NCBI RefSeq assembly: GCF_018350175.1
Contig: NC_058375.1
Location: forward strand, 26,660,001 to 26,724,000
Origin: Felis catus
Taxonomy: Eukaryota
DNA: 64,000 bases
Direction of reading: 5' to 3'
The position numbers were made by a program, and so were the translations under genes. The first letter of the stretch is position 1, and every line of letters begins with the position of its first letter. Shown piece by piece: positions 36,756 through 49,470 of this stretch. A model generated the notes under the pieces. It was not told where the DNA came from. It saw only the letters and a list, made by a program, of their open reading frames with translations, and ran no database searches.

Positions 36756-37235
36756 AGTTTACTGATTTAGCCAGAATCTCAGTAGAATGTCTACTGCACT
36801 CTTTCCAGGATTCAGGCTTGTTAGGAAGAATAGGGGGACCCCCAGGGGTCTCACTGGATGAGGGACCAAGAAGCCTTATAAAGGAGTGAGTGTGGGTAGT
36901 GGGTTTGGTTGATGGTCCACAGAGTAGCATTAGAGTTGGGGGAAGAGTTCTGAACACAGAGCTGCCTCCCTCCATGACTCCTACCCCACCAATCAGGAAC
37001 TCAGGTCATGGACTTGTGAATTGGGTTTACCATAAAGCGCTCCTTTCCTGGGATCTTTGTGGAATATTAAGAGTTTGGAGGACAGTGGCTTTCAGGAGCA
37101 ATGGAGGCAACAAGGCAGCTATTGATCACTCTTGGTGGAAGCATTTACAGCCTCAGGAGCATATGGAACGGCAGGGAGCTGGAGCGTGCATAAAGAAAAC
37201 TGGTGCAGCCCACAGGAACCCCACGACTTGATCAG

Positions 37236-37260
37236 GCGTGTGCGTGCGTGCGCGCGAGCT

Positions 37261-37307
<47 letters not shown>
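37236..37307. repeat. Compound (GT/GC)n-(CA)n alternating purine-pyrimidine tract
   Basis: gcgtgtgcgtgcgtgcgcgcgagctcgcgcgcgca followed by (CA)n at 37269-37307. Confidence 0.95.
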
Positions 37308-37309
<2 letters not shown>

Positions 37310-38225
37310 CTCCCAGGAGTTCCCAGAAATAGCTAACAGAACTTTAGGGGAGGTCAAAAGGCCCAACAGTGGCAGCTGGGAACAGCTGAAGGGGCTGCTA
37401 CTAAGACTCTAGCTTTATTCTTCTAGTGCGTATGGCCTGGACAACACAGATTACCATAAAACTCTTGCAGCCACCATACTTAGGGCCGCTGGCCTGGTGG
37501 CATTGCAGCCCAGAGGGCAGATGGGCCACTGTGGCACTGCCACATGGTCATTAGAGAAAGCATCTTCCCATAGGGAGCCAACAACAGAGGGACTCCTCCC
37601 AGTATCCCCTCCAGAGCTGAATGCTAATTTTTCAGCTGGAAATTAAGGAAGCAGTGTTTCTGAGGCCACCTAATGCCAGAATAGTGGCTGCTGGTAATTC
37701 TACTATCTTGGGTACACCACAGACTCAGGCATGTAATAGGTACCCCTGACTGGTTAAATGCTTGTGTGAGCCAAGTGAGGAGGAGTATTACATTTGCCAG
37801 AGGCCCCTGAGAGGCAATCTTCATGTTTATTTGTTTCTTTTTGAGCTCACATACTTGTACACCACAGGTCATAAGGAGGGATTAGGAAAATCCTGCTATC
37901 CCCCATAAAGGACAGTTGTTGGAGGCCTGCTCAGCACCTACCTGTTACCTCTCCCTACCAGCCCCTTCCTCCAACCACTCCTGTCGCCTCGGAACACCTG
38001 GGACAGGCACGGGTACAAGGAGAACTCACTTTAGATCTGATGGCTGCCCTGCTGACATCTCCGAGGGTAACCTCTGTGGCTGCCCAGACTCCTCCCCATT
38101 AGGAGGGCTCTAGTCGCAGTCCAGAAAGAGAGGGTGTGCAGGCAGACCGCACCAAGAGAGGCACTGTGCAGCCTCCTCTCCTCTTCTCCCCCAAGGAAGC
38201 CTGAGATAGCCCCACCCAGACCTAC

Positions 38226-38311
38226 CTCTTGTCCTCTTCCACCTGAACACCAATGGAGTGGAACTCTCTTCGACTCCTGTTCTCCGTGTCCGAATCCGAG
38301 ATAGTCTCCAC
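38226..38311 (-). CDS. DLGAP3: DLGAP3 coding exon (exon 8), 86 nt
   Basis: gccag|GTG..AG|gtagg; VETISDSDTENRSRREFHSIGVQVEEDK(R), phase 0-2. Contains an IGVQV LC8-binding-type motif. Confidence 0.97.
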
Positions 38312-38642
38312 CTGGCGGCAGGGTAGTGGGAGTCAGTGGCCGGGGCTAGACAAGGGACACAAGCTCTCCCCAGGCAGAGGGGTGAGCAGAGGCTGAGCCC
38401 CAAGCCAGTGGGCAGATTCTGCAAAGACAATCTGACCCAACAAGAAAAGAGACCCAGGAGGTCAGAGGCGTGGTACTGGCAACCAGTAGAGGCGATGGCT
38501 CCACGACAAGTGACAAGGGAGTGGGCCGGGACTGGTTGTAAGGGCCCTGTCGATGACCAGGCACAGAGCAGACCAAGGAAAAGGTCAACCCATCCCCACC
38601 GGCCAGGGCCTGAGCTTGCTTCGGCGCCTCGTCCTGCCGTAC

Positions 38643-38956
38643 CTGCACCCCAATGGACGGCCGCCACTTCCGCTGCCGCGCCAGGCTCCGCAGCTCCTCC
38701 CTGCCAGGAATGGTCTTGATGATGAGTGTAGGGGGCTTGGGGCTGGCCCGGGGTGGCACCGGAGCCAACTCCAGGGTGCGCGCGCCCATGGCCGGGCCGT
38801 CCAGCCCGTCCGCGGAGCTGCAGCGCCGGGCGGGGCCCTCGGCGGCCGTGAAGCTCTCGTGGGCGGAGTCGGTGCTGCTCTGGGCCGTGATGGAGATGCG
38901 GGGCGGGGCCTGGCTTCCCGGCGGGATGGGGGACGGGGCCTTTCTGAAGTTGAAGG
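38643..38956 (-). CDS. DLGAP3: DLGAP3 coding exon (exon 7), 314 nt
   Basis: ccacag|CC..CAG|gtacgg; (S)FNFRKAPSPIPPGSQAPPRISITAQSSTDS...RKWRPSIGVQ, phase 1-0. Confidence 0.97.
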
Positions 38957-39239
38957 CTGTGGCCGGAACGCAGAAACGCAGCGGGTGAGAAACTCGCGTC
39001 CCAGCGGGTGTCTTGTGGCCCACCGCCCCACACCCACGCGGTGCCAGAGGAGGCAGCAGGCACGCGTCCTCCAAGCGCTGCTATGTACAGAGCCGAGGCT
39101 TGTTCTCCCCATCATGCGGCCCAGAGAGGCAAGCCAGCTGCCCAAGATCACACAGCACAGCTGTGACTGGGGCCAGCGCCAGAACCCAGGGTGCTCTCCA
39201 ACCTAGGGCCGGGCGGGGGTGCAGAGAGGGCACACTCAC

Positions 39240-39453
39240 AGGAGCCGGGCCTCCCTGAGACAGAGGCAGGGGCAGCAAGGAGGGGCAGGCAGTCGTCGTC
39301 TTGAGAGCAGCCGGCCTGGATGGCCCGGAGGTAGCTGTGGCTCCGCATGCGGAAACAGCCGGGCAGGTCCAGGGCGTCCACTGCCTGGGACTCGAGTTCC
39401 CCAAACACAGACCCGCACACGGCCTCCAGCTGCTGGTTCAGCTCCTCACTGAG
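39240..39453 (-). CDS. DLGAP3: DLGAP3 coding exon (exon 6), 214 nt
   Basis: ccccag|CTC..T|gtgagt; LSEELNQQLEAVCGSVFGELESQAVDALDLPGCFRMRSHSYLRAIQAGCSQDDD...GRPGS. Contains a GK-binding RxxSYxxA repeat; phase 0-1. Confidence 0.97.
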
Positions 39454-42400
39454 CTGGGGGCAGGGGGGTAGGGAGGATAGTTACAGGGGTGCTGGGATGA
39501 AAGCGGGTGTCTCTGAGGCGCATTGCCTTAGGAATGTATCTGGATCTGCAGAGACTGCCTCTGTGTGATACTGGGACAAAAAGAAACCCTCACTCTGTGC
39601 AAAGAAGAAGGATTGAGGATCCTACGCCCTGTGCAGCTCTTCAGGCCTGCCTCCACTGTCTTGGGGTCTGTTCTTTACCCTAAATACTTCTCCTTCCACC
39701 CCATCTATGCCTCTCCCGGACACCTGGGACTGCCTCATCTTTCTCTCCACCTACAGCCAGCCCCTCACATTTCTCTCACCTAACCCAGAGGGAGAGGACC
39801 AGGGACATCCACCCTCCTGCCCAGTATGGAGGTGGGGAACTGCAGGGAAGGCAGTGCGTGCCTTTTATTTTATTATTTATGATCCATTACATTACAAAAC
39901 TGATTGCACCCTATAGAGATATATATACCATGGGGCAGGGCAGAAATTAATGGGTAAGTGACGGAGCAAAAGTTTTTGTTTTGATATTTTCTGGTACAGA
40001 ATCCATGGTGGTTTAAAAAAATTAAAGCAACTAAGAAAAAAAGCAAAACGAAAATTCTGTTCATGGAACCGTGTCCCCTAGCACTGCACTAAGACTAAAT
40101 GTACCGCAGAGATTGCAGCATCGTTCGTATTATATGAGAAAACTGGCACAAAGGAAAAATAAAGGTAGGTGGTCCAGGGATAAGCTCTACACCCAGAGCA
40201 CAGGATGAGTACAAGTTTGACCCTGAGCTTCAGAGCAGCCAAAGCATCAAGGAGTATAGCCTGCAGGTTGCCTGCACAGGCTACAGAGCCATACCCACCT
40301 GGACTCAGATGTTGGCTCTGCACCTTCCTAGCACTAACTACTTAAAGCTTTGGGGCCTCAGTTTTATCACCTGCCCAGTGAGAATGATAATGGTACCATC
40401 TTCATAGGGATATTTAGGGGACTCAAAGAAAAACATGTGGGGCATTGGTGCAGGTACTGGTACATCCTAAGCCTTCAGTGGATGACATGTGAAGGTCTCA
40501 GGACCTACCTGGAAGCAAGCCACTGCTCATGAGAACCACAACTATTCCCTGTGATTGAGCCCAAGAGAAATCCCCCCATGAGTGATTACGTAGAGACCAT
40601 TGGAGGAAGTCATGGATAAGGTCCTCGGTAGCATCCACATGGTAAATATGACACCAAGTGTCCCATGGCTGCAACTTGTGACATCTCCCAGGAGATTCAT
40701 GACATCATATTTATGTGCAATCAACAGATAAAGTAGTGGCTTGGCTCACGTGTAAAATGCAACTTGACATTTCCATAACTCCACCTCCAAAGCATAACAT
40801 GACATCACTAAATTCTACCTCAAATTGAGCAGAAATTTCCATCCAATTCTACTGATCTTAATTTGCCCAAACTAAGGCTCAGAGAGAGCCGATGAACTGT
40901 CCAAAGATGCCCAGCTTGTAAGTGATTTACCAAAGTTAAGTGCCAGGTTTCCTGGCTCTTTTCCCAGGCTGACTGAGCATCAGAATCTCCTGAGGACCTT
41001 GTTAAACCTACCTTAACTCAAGCTCCACTCCAAGGATCTGAACCCAAGGCTCTCTACCCATATGCCTCTCTTTGCTTTGGCTGCTTCAAAGCTCAGGGAC
41101 AAAATTTTGTGAAAATTTGGATTCAGTGGTTCCAGTGTGGGCCCAGTAATCAAAAAGGAGTGTCTGGACTTCTTTCTGCGGCTTGTTCTAAAGTAACTTC
41201 ATTAAAAATAATAATAATAAAATAAAATAAAATAATTTCATTACAAGTGTACAGAAATCACAGGTCATGGAAAAATCAATCCAAGATCCTGTAGAAGTTA
41301 AGTTCTGCCATGTTTGGCACAGGCCACACTTCTGTGGCAGCTGTGGTTTTCATCATGACTTCTGCAAGTTTCCTATCTCTGGACCTCTGGGGTACCAAGG
41401 ACCAGTTTTATTTCCTAAAGCTCAGAAGCTGATCTAACTCCTGCTATTTCTAGGCCAGGCTCAAGATACTCCCCAACTAGAACCAATCCAGCTCAGAGAG
41501 TCCCTTCTGGGGCATAGGAGAGTTGATCTAACTCCAGTAGAGAGCATTCTGGATACCACAGATGGAAGGAATCTCATTTTGCAGCTCATCTCTGTATCTC
41601 CAAGCCTCTTCTGTGTGTAAAGTTCTAGACATAATATCTGGCATATAGCAGAGGGTCTTAAATCACAATGACATTACCTTTCAGAGGCCTCTCCTTCCCA
41701 GAGTCTCTGAAGCTCTTGAAATCCCAACCATATGCTATTCCTATGACCAATTCTATCCAAGGCAGACAGAGGGAAGGTGAGAAACTCCCTGGGGACACAC
41801 TTTCTATCTCTACTGGCCAAGAGGAGCTTCTGAAGTGTTTCCACAAGGGACCAGGACCTAAGGGAAACACAGACTTGTATAGACTCCCAGAGGAATATTG
41901 CACCGGTGTTGATCTTTACTGTATTAGAATTATAAAATTGTAACATTGTGCTGTGAATTCTCCTATTATCCCTGCACTGCCTTCCACCCTGTTTCCCCCA
42001 GCCCCCACTTTCAGTAGAGTCAAAGTCAAAGAATCCTCTTAGAAAATAGGAACCTTAGCCTTTTTCCAAATCAGACTCAGAATCCGTAAATATTTCCCAG
42101 GGTGTGGGATATTTAGCAGAAAACGCTTTGCTTGGGTCTAACTGAAATTGTCCATGCTAGAGTTGGCGGGTTCATCTGGGGGCTACGCCACATCCTCTAT
42201 AGTTTACCTGTGTCATTTAGTTTAGCTAACCTTGGAAAACACTCCCATTTCAAAACACTCTAAAACACTGGATAAAATATAAGAAATGTTTTATATGCAT
42301 AGCTGAGCTCACAAGAAAGCACGATGTGTCCCCAGGGGACAAAAGCAAAGAGGAGACCAGAAAATCAGAATATTAGCTGTGTGAGTCAGGGCTGCAAACA

Positions 42401-42897
42401 GCCCAGGGGCGGTGGAAGGTGGGGGTGCAGGTTGCTGGTCTCAGGGACTAACGGGTTTAGGTATTAACACTCACTTGGGTGTGGGAGTAAGGCGCTGGGC
42501 CCACATGAAACACAGCATTGGAAATGAGAACCTCCATAAAGGTAGGAAAGGGGAAACCTTTCGTGAAAAGTAGACTAAAAAAAAATTAATTATCAGCACA
42601 GGATGATAATAGGAAGCTAGTCTGTAATCTAGGCACTGGAGGGAGGGAGAAGTAGGCCAATGTTCTAAGATTTTTGTAGCCACAAGCTGGTCTTCACATA
42701 GATACAGGATTCTGTCTGCATAGGCCTGGGTGACAGACACCTCCCTGCAAATTAAAAATTAACATAAAATGGTCCCAGACCAAGAATAGTCTAACAGAAG
42801 CGATTGCAAAGTATTTTCTGAGGAACAAATTTCTAACCCAGGCTGTTCAGGACTGTCACAGATAAAGTTCCACTGAAGATGAGTTCATACCAGACCA

Positions 42898-43432
42898 TGT
42901 GGTACGCTACCCACGACACAGCCCCTAATGATGTCCACCTCCTAGCATTAACACCCTTGTATAGTTCCCTCCTCTTGAGTATGGCCTATACTTATTGTAA
43001 TACATAGAACATGGCGGATACAATGGAATGTCACTTCTGAGATGAGATTACAAAGAGATTGTGGCTTCCATCTCGGGCACTCTCTCTCAGAGTCTTTGCT
43101 CTGGGAGAAGCAAGCTGTTATGTTCTGAGTAGCCCTATGGTGAGTCCCACATGTCAAGAAACTGATGACTCTGGCCAATAGCCAGTGAGCATCAAATGGC
43201 AACAGCCATATGAGTGAGTAAGGAAGTAGATATTCCTCCAGTCAAGCTGTGACATGACTACAGCCCTGACCAACGTCTTAGTGAAGCCATGTGAGTCATC
43301 TGATCCAGAGGGTACCCAGCTAAGCTGCACTGAGATTCCTGACCCACAGAAATGGTGAGATAATAAATATTTGTTGATTTAAGACACTATGTTTGAGGAT
43401 AATACGTCACACAGCAATAGATAACTAAAACA
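42898..43432 (+). mobile_element. MaLR LTR (MLT1E/F-like)
   Basis: tgtggtacg..cccctaatgatgtccacctcctagc..tcacttctgagatgagattac..gcaatagataactaaaaca. Confidence 0.75.
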
Positions 43433-43837
43433 AACTGTGACATAAACAACTAAGCTTTTATTGAGCTAAGCCATTGAGAATTCAAGCTTCATCTGTTACA
43501 GCAACTCGTGTTACCTTAGCTAAAATAGATTAGCTTTTAAACTATGTTTAAAACTTCTAAAACTTAAAAGATAAAACTGAAAATATAAGAAGAGAACATA
43601 AACTTTGAAAAGAAGACTAGAAATATTTAAAAGAAACCAAACCAGCTTTCCAGAACTGAAAAAAAGTCAGTCAAATAAAAACATAATTAATGAGTTAAAT
43701 CGTAGATGAGACACAACTGAAAAGAAAATTAGTGAATCAGAAGATACATCTAAGGAACTTACCCAGAAGGCAGCATAAAGAGGCAAAGAGATGGAAAATA
43801 TGAACGAGAGGTTAAGATGCATGGAGGAAAGAATAGG

Positions 43838-44005
43838 ATCTTGCAGTTCGTGGATTCAAGCCCCATGTCAGGCTCTGTGCTGACAGCTCAGAGCCAGGAG
43901 CCTGCTTTGGATTCTATGTCTCCCTCTCTCTCTGCACCTTCCCCATTTGAGCTGTGCCTCTCTCTCAAAAAAATAAAATAAAATAAAATAAACATTTTTT
44001 TAATC
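43838..44005 (+). mobile_element. 5'-truncated Can-SINE
   Basis: atcttgcagttcgtggattcaagccccatgtcaggctctgtgctgacagc, CT tract and (AAAAT)n tail. Confidence 0.85.
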
Positions 44006-45068
44006 TTAAAACAAAACAAATAATAGGAGCTCCAGATGAAGGAATAGAGAGAATGTAGAAGAGGCAATATTTGGAGATAATTATACTGATGGAGAATTTT
44101 CCACACTTCTAACTTCAAGCATGACAGAGTGACAAGCTGGACAAAACTGTCAAAAATAACTATTTCCTCACTCTGAAAATCAGTCAAAGGTATACAAGAA
44201 AGAAACATATACACGAAAATTACTGAACAGCAGGAGTCCGTGGTGGCCTTGCCTGGGGCTGCTCCCATTACTCAAGTTCCCAGCTCTATCAGTTGCAATA
44301 GTTCAATCAGGGTGAGGCAGGCTGTGAAAAACAGCTGCTTCATTGCCACTGCCACTTAATTTGGGCTCACTTAATTTGGAACATTGTCAGGTATAGCATC
44401 AAGAACGGGGGGGGGGGGGGGGGGGGGGGGGGGGAATAGAGCAGGAATAGCCAGCAGCACTGCTAAGCTGAGATTTCAATGCTGTTTGGGACAAGCAATG
44501 GACTAAGAGATGAGGCAGAGATTTAACAGAGAAGTTTCAGGGGATGAAACAGCTAGAGAAGGTTTGATGAGCTCTCCACATATCTTGAGTTAAGTAGGGG
44601 TGAGTGCATACACAGCAGAGACCAGAGACGTCTTGAGCTGCCCACACCTCCCTGGCCAATGGGACCTGTGCACATGTGCGGAGATAACACAAGAGAGACT
44701 GGCAAAAAGTAAAATTCAGGGTAGGCTTAAAAAGAGCCTGAAGTTTGTACTCCCAAGTCCACACACACAACCATAAGCAGAGAGAAGCCTTTCTGGCTTA
44801 AGGTTTTTGAGCACAATCTCTGACCAATCTCTGGCTGAACACTAAGCTATACAGACACAGGACAACTCCTAGGAAGGCAGGCTTAAAAATAAAAACAAGA
44901 AAGAAAAGAAATTTAGTGAATACATCAGAGGCCACGTTTAGCATGGAAGACAGATTTCACAGATTTAGTCCAGGGATTAACAAACACATAATAAACAAAG
45001 CAATAACAATCAAGGGGTAAAATAAGAATCCAGAGTTGCTACAATATGCTATCTAAAATGTTCAGAAT

Positions 45069-45241
45069 AGGGGCGCCTGGGTGGCTCAGTCGGTTGAGCG
45101 TCCGACTTCAGCTCAGGTCACGATCTCGCGGTCCGTGAGTTCGAGCCCCGCGTCGGGCTCTGGGCTGACGGCTCAGAGCCTGGAGCCTGTTTCCGATTCT
45201 GTTTCCCTCTCTCTCTGCCCCTCCCCCGTTCATGCTCTGTC
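45069..45241 (+). mobile_element. Very young Can-SINE (CpG-intact; tail in N-gap)
   Basis: ggggcgcctgggtggctcagtcggttgagcgtccgac..cgatctcgcggtccgtgagttcgagccccgcgtcggg. Confidence 0.93.
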
Positions 45242-46073
45242 NNNNNNNNNNNNNNNNNNNNNNNNNNNNNNNNNNNNNNNNNNNNNNNNNNNNNNNNNNN
45301 NNNNNNNNNNNNNNNNNNNNNNNNNNNNNNNNNNNNNNNNNNNNNNNNNNNNNNNNNNNNNNNNNNNNNNNGTTCCCAAATGTCTGATCGACAGACAAAA
45401 ACTACAAAGCAGCTATTACAAATATGTTAAAAGAAGTAAAGTAAATCATGTTGAAAGATTTAAAAGAAAGCACAATAACTTCATGAATAAAAAATCACAA
45501 CAAAAAGATAGAAAAAAAAATTTTTTTAAAGAACCAAATAGATATTCTGGAGCTGAAAAGTACAATAACTGAAGTGAAAAATTCACTAGAACGGCTCAGC
45601 ATATGAAATAATCAGTAAACTTAATCAGTATAAATTATCCTATCTGAAGAACGGAGAGAAAAAATAATAAAAATAAACAGAACTTCAGAGACCTACAGGA
45701 CAATAACAAGTAAAGCAGTATACATGTAATGGGAATTCTAAAAGAAGAAGAGAGAAAGGGGAAGAAAAAGGAACAAGGAAATAACAGCTCAAAACTTTCC
45801 AAATGTTATGAAAAATATTATTCCGCAGATTAAAGAAGCTCAGCAAATTCAAAGTAGGTTAAACACAAAGGGATCCATAGCCAGATACATTACAGTCAAA
45901 ATGTTGAAAGCCAAAAACCAAGAGAAAATCTTAATAGCACAAGGGAAAAACAATTCATCACATACAAGAAAACAACAATATGATTAACAACGGGCTTTTC
46001 ATCAGAAACAATGAGTGCTCAAGGCAGTGGAATGGTATATTCAAAATGTTGAAATGAAAAACTGTCAGCCACT

Positions 46074-46296
46074 GGGGCCCCTGGGTGGCTCAGTCGGTTA
46101 GGCGTCCGACTTCGGCTCAGGTCATGATCTCACGGTTCGTGAGTTCAAGCCCCGCGTCGGGCTCTGTGCTGACAGCTCGGAGCCTGGAGCCTGTTTCGGA
46201 TTCTGTGTCTCCCCCTCTCTCTGCCCCTCCCATGCTCATGCTCTGTCCCTCAATAATAAATAAATGTTTAAAAATATTTTTAAAATAAAATAAAAT
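46074..46296 (+). mobile_element. Can-SINE with perfect 15-bp TSD
   Basis: aaaaactgtcagcca at 46057-46071 and 46297-46311. Confidence 0.94.
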
Positions 46297-47546
46297 AAAA
46301 ACTGTCAGCCAGGAATTCTATATTCAGCAAAATTATTCTTCAAAAATGGAGTAAAATTAAAGATGTTTCCAAATACATATAGACTGAAGAATTTGTTGCA
46401 GACCTATCTTACAAGAAACAATGGAAGTTGTTCAGGCTAAAGGGAAGTGATACCTCATGGTAACTCAAATCCACAGGAAGAGATGAAGGGGACCAGAAAT
46501 GGCAAATATAAAAAACTCTATAGATATGTTTTTCTCATTTTTTCTCCTAACTTCTTTAAAAGGTGCAAAATTTCACAAAGCTATTATTTATAATACCAAC
46601 ATTCCTTTATAATAACTGTTAGTTTATAGCATATACATAGGAAAGGTACATGACAATAACAGCACAAAGAGAGGAGAGAAAAAAGAGACACATTGGAGCA
46701 GAATTACCAGAATTAATTTTTTTACCAGAATTACTTAGATTTTAATCAGTTATGATACACTTTGTAATTCCTTGAGCAACTCTAATAACTCAAATAATAT
46801 AGTAAAAGGGAATTAATAACAAAGAAATTAAAATGGTTCACTAAAACATTCATTTAATACAAGAGAAGACAGTAAAGAAAGAACAGAGGAGCAAAAATGA
46901 CATATGACGCAATCCAACCATATCAATAATCACATTAAATGTGAATGAACAAGAAAGCCTCATTCGAAAGGTGGCAATTGTTAGATTGGATTTTTTTTTT
47001 TTTTTTGAAGCACAAGTAGGTTGAAAGTAAAAGGATGAAAAAAGATGTACCAACAAACAGTAACCATGAGAGAATTTTCCAGATTTGATGAATGACATTA
47101 ATCTTCAGATTCAGGGAGCACACACACATATCACAATGAAACTGCAGAACACCAAAATCAAAGAGAAGATCTCAACAGCAATCAGAAAGAAATGAAAAAC
47201 TATGCACAAAGACAATTAGATTGATTGCAGACTTCCCAACAGCAACAAGAGGAGACAGATGACAAAAGAATACATTCAAAACACTGAGAGAAAATAAATG
47301 TTGACCTAAGATTCCATAATAAGCTAATTTATGTTAAATAACGAGGGCAGACTACATCTTTTGTTTAAGGCAGAGTTTTATACTAACAGACATTCACTGA
47401 AAAAATTACTAAAGAAGATTTATTTTTTTAAACGTAATTTATTGTAACTAAAGAATATTTAAAAGGAAGGAATGAAACGTAAGAAGTTATGGGGGGAGGG
47501 GTTAAAGATATGAGTCTATATGATCAAGTACTAACAGCATAAAATT

Positions 47547-47765
47547 TGGGCACCTGGGTGGCTCAGTTGGTTAAGCGTCTGACTTCAGCTCAGGTCATGA
47601 TTTCACAGTTCAAGAGTTCAAGCCCTGCGTCGGGCTCTGTGCTGACAGCTCCGAGCCTGGAGCCTGCTTCAGATTCTTTGTCTCCCTCTCTCTCTCTGCC
47701 CCTCCTCCATTCAATCTCTCTCTCTCTCTCTCTCAAAAATAAATAAAATGTTAAAAAAATTTTTT
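47547..47765 (+). mobile_element. Can-SINE
   Basis: gggcacctgggtggctcagttggttaagcgtctgac head, CT tract and tail. Confidence 0.92.
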
Positions 47766-48239
47766 AATGTGACAATAATAAAGACTAATTTGGAGAGGTA
47801 AAAAGAACATGGGACAAAATACCAGGCAACATGTACAATAAGAAGGGAAGAGGTCATCAAAACTAAAGTATCCTAAGGAAAGAAGAAATTGTCAAATTTA
47901 GACCTTGCTAAGTCAAATATGCACATGAAAATTATAAGAGTGACCACAAAGAATGAAAATAGAAAATAGAACTGCCAAACCAGTGTGGGATTTGGTAGTA
48001 AGAAAAATGAAGAAGAAAACTAATCCAAAAGAAGGTAGGAAAGGAGTAGAAAAGCATCACTCAAAAGGCAGGAGAAATAGAAGGCACACAATGAAACAGC
48101 AGTAATACTGTTGTATTGATACAGGTGTACCAGTAACCACAATAAATGTAAATGTACCAAACCCTCAAGCCATTGTCAGTATAGATATAAACTAAATTCC
48201 TTAAACTATTTACAAAAGACCTACCTAAAACATAAGGAG

Positions 48240-49088
48240 ACAAAAAGCTGGAGCACACCTGTGGTGTCAGAAGGGTAGCAAGAGGACCACTGTGGCTGCA
48301 GCGGGTGACAGGCGGAGGAGCATTAGAAGCAGGATTCGCAGGTAGCAAGGGACAGATTGTGCAGGGCCTTGTAAGTCCTCTGAGTAAGGTGAGGGTTTTG
48401 AGTGAACGTAATTCTATTTTGAAATGATCACTCTGGGATGTACTGAGAGAGAATGATGTGGGGCAGGGGCACGTGCAGGAGACCATTCAGGAGGCAGTGT
48501 CAAAGCCCAGACAAAGGCCATGGTGACTTAGGCTGGAGTGGTGGCATCGGAGGTGAGAAGTGCTTTGGTCCTGGATATACTTGAAGATGGGACCAACAAG
48601 GTTTGCTGAAAGCTTGGATGGGGCATGTGAGACAGAGAAAGGAGTCAAGACTGACTTCAGGCTTTTAGATCAGAACTCCTAAAAGGATAAAGTTGTCATT
48701 ACCTGAAACAGAGATGACAGTGGACGGAGGAGTACGTTTGGGGAGGTAGGGGGAATGGGGTAAGGGTACTAGCAGTTTCGTTGTGGATATCTTAAATTTG
48801 AAATGTCTACTAAACATCCAAGTGAGATTTCAGTACACAGTTAGACACAAATGCCAAGCAATTATGAGAGGATTGGGGCTGGAGATACACATTTGGAAGT
48901 CACCAGGCCCTCAATAATATTCAGAGCCAGGGCGCCTGGGTGGCTCAGTTGGTTAAGGATCTGACTTTGGCTCAGGTCAGGATTTCACGGTTCGTGGGTT
49001 TAAGCACCGCATCGGGCTCTGTGCTGACAGCTCAGAGCCTGGAGCCTGCTTTGGATTCTGTGTCTCCCTCTCTCTCTGCCCCTCCCCT

Positions 49089-49126
<38 letters not shown>

Positions 49127-49470
49127 AAAAACAAATAAACATTTTTAAAAATTTTAATAAAATAAAGTAATATTCAAAGCCATGAGCCTAAATGAGCTCA
49201 CTTAAGGAGTGAGTGTAGAGAGAAGTCCAGAAACTAAGCCCTGAAAAAAATCCAGTGTTCAGATCCTGGCGAGTTAGAGAGGCACTGGTGACAAGACCAA
49301 GCGTTAGCAGCCAGAGAGAATCTAGGAGAACCTAAAAGGTATGGTGTCCTCAAAGCCAACTGACTGAGGTGTTTCAGGAAGGCGAAAGTCCTCATCTGTG
49401 TTAGATGCTGCTGATGGGTCAAGTAAAATGAGGACTGAGCATTGAACTAGTGGGTTGAGCAACATAGGCT
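48240..49470 (-). mobile_element. L2 fragment, split by a SINE
   Basis: Purine-rich reverse L2 text (gcagggccttgtaag, tttgaaatgtctactaaacatccaagtgag, tcaagtaaaatgaggactgag). Confidence 0.65.
48930..49167 (+). mobile_element. Can-SINE
   Basis: TSD taatattca(g/a)agcca at 48915-48929 and 49168-49182. Confidence 0.93.

Larger units (their letters stand above)
42225..48235 (+). mobile_element. Mosaic of ancient L1M fragments (5' ends, ORF1, start of ORF2) with later insertions
   Basis: The 5' motif aaacactggataaaata is shared with the relic at 31500. ORF1/ORF2-like A-rich remnants; boundaries approximate. Confidence 0.6.

Noticed and set aside
38346-39074. 242-aa ORF extending exon 7 into both flanking introns
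   Set aside because: It starts at TTG, not ATG. It is GC-rich read-through around a real exon with good splice sites.
44407-44434. 28-nt poly-G run
   Set aside because: It lies in an old L1 relic. Homopolymer length is unreliable and it may be a sequencing artefact; no functional evidence.
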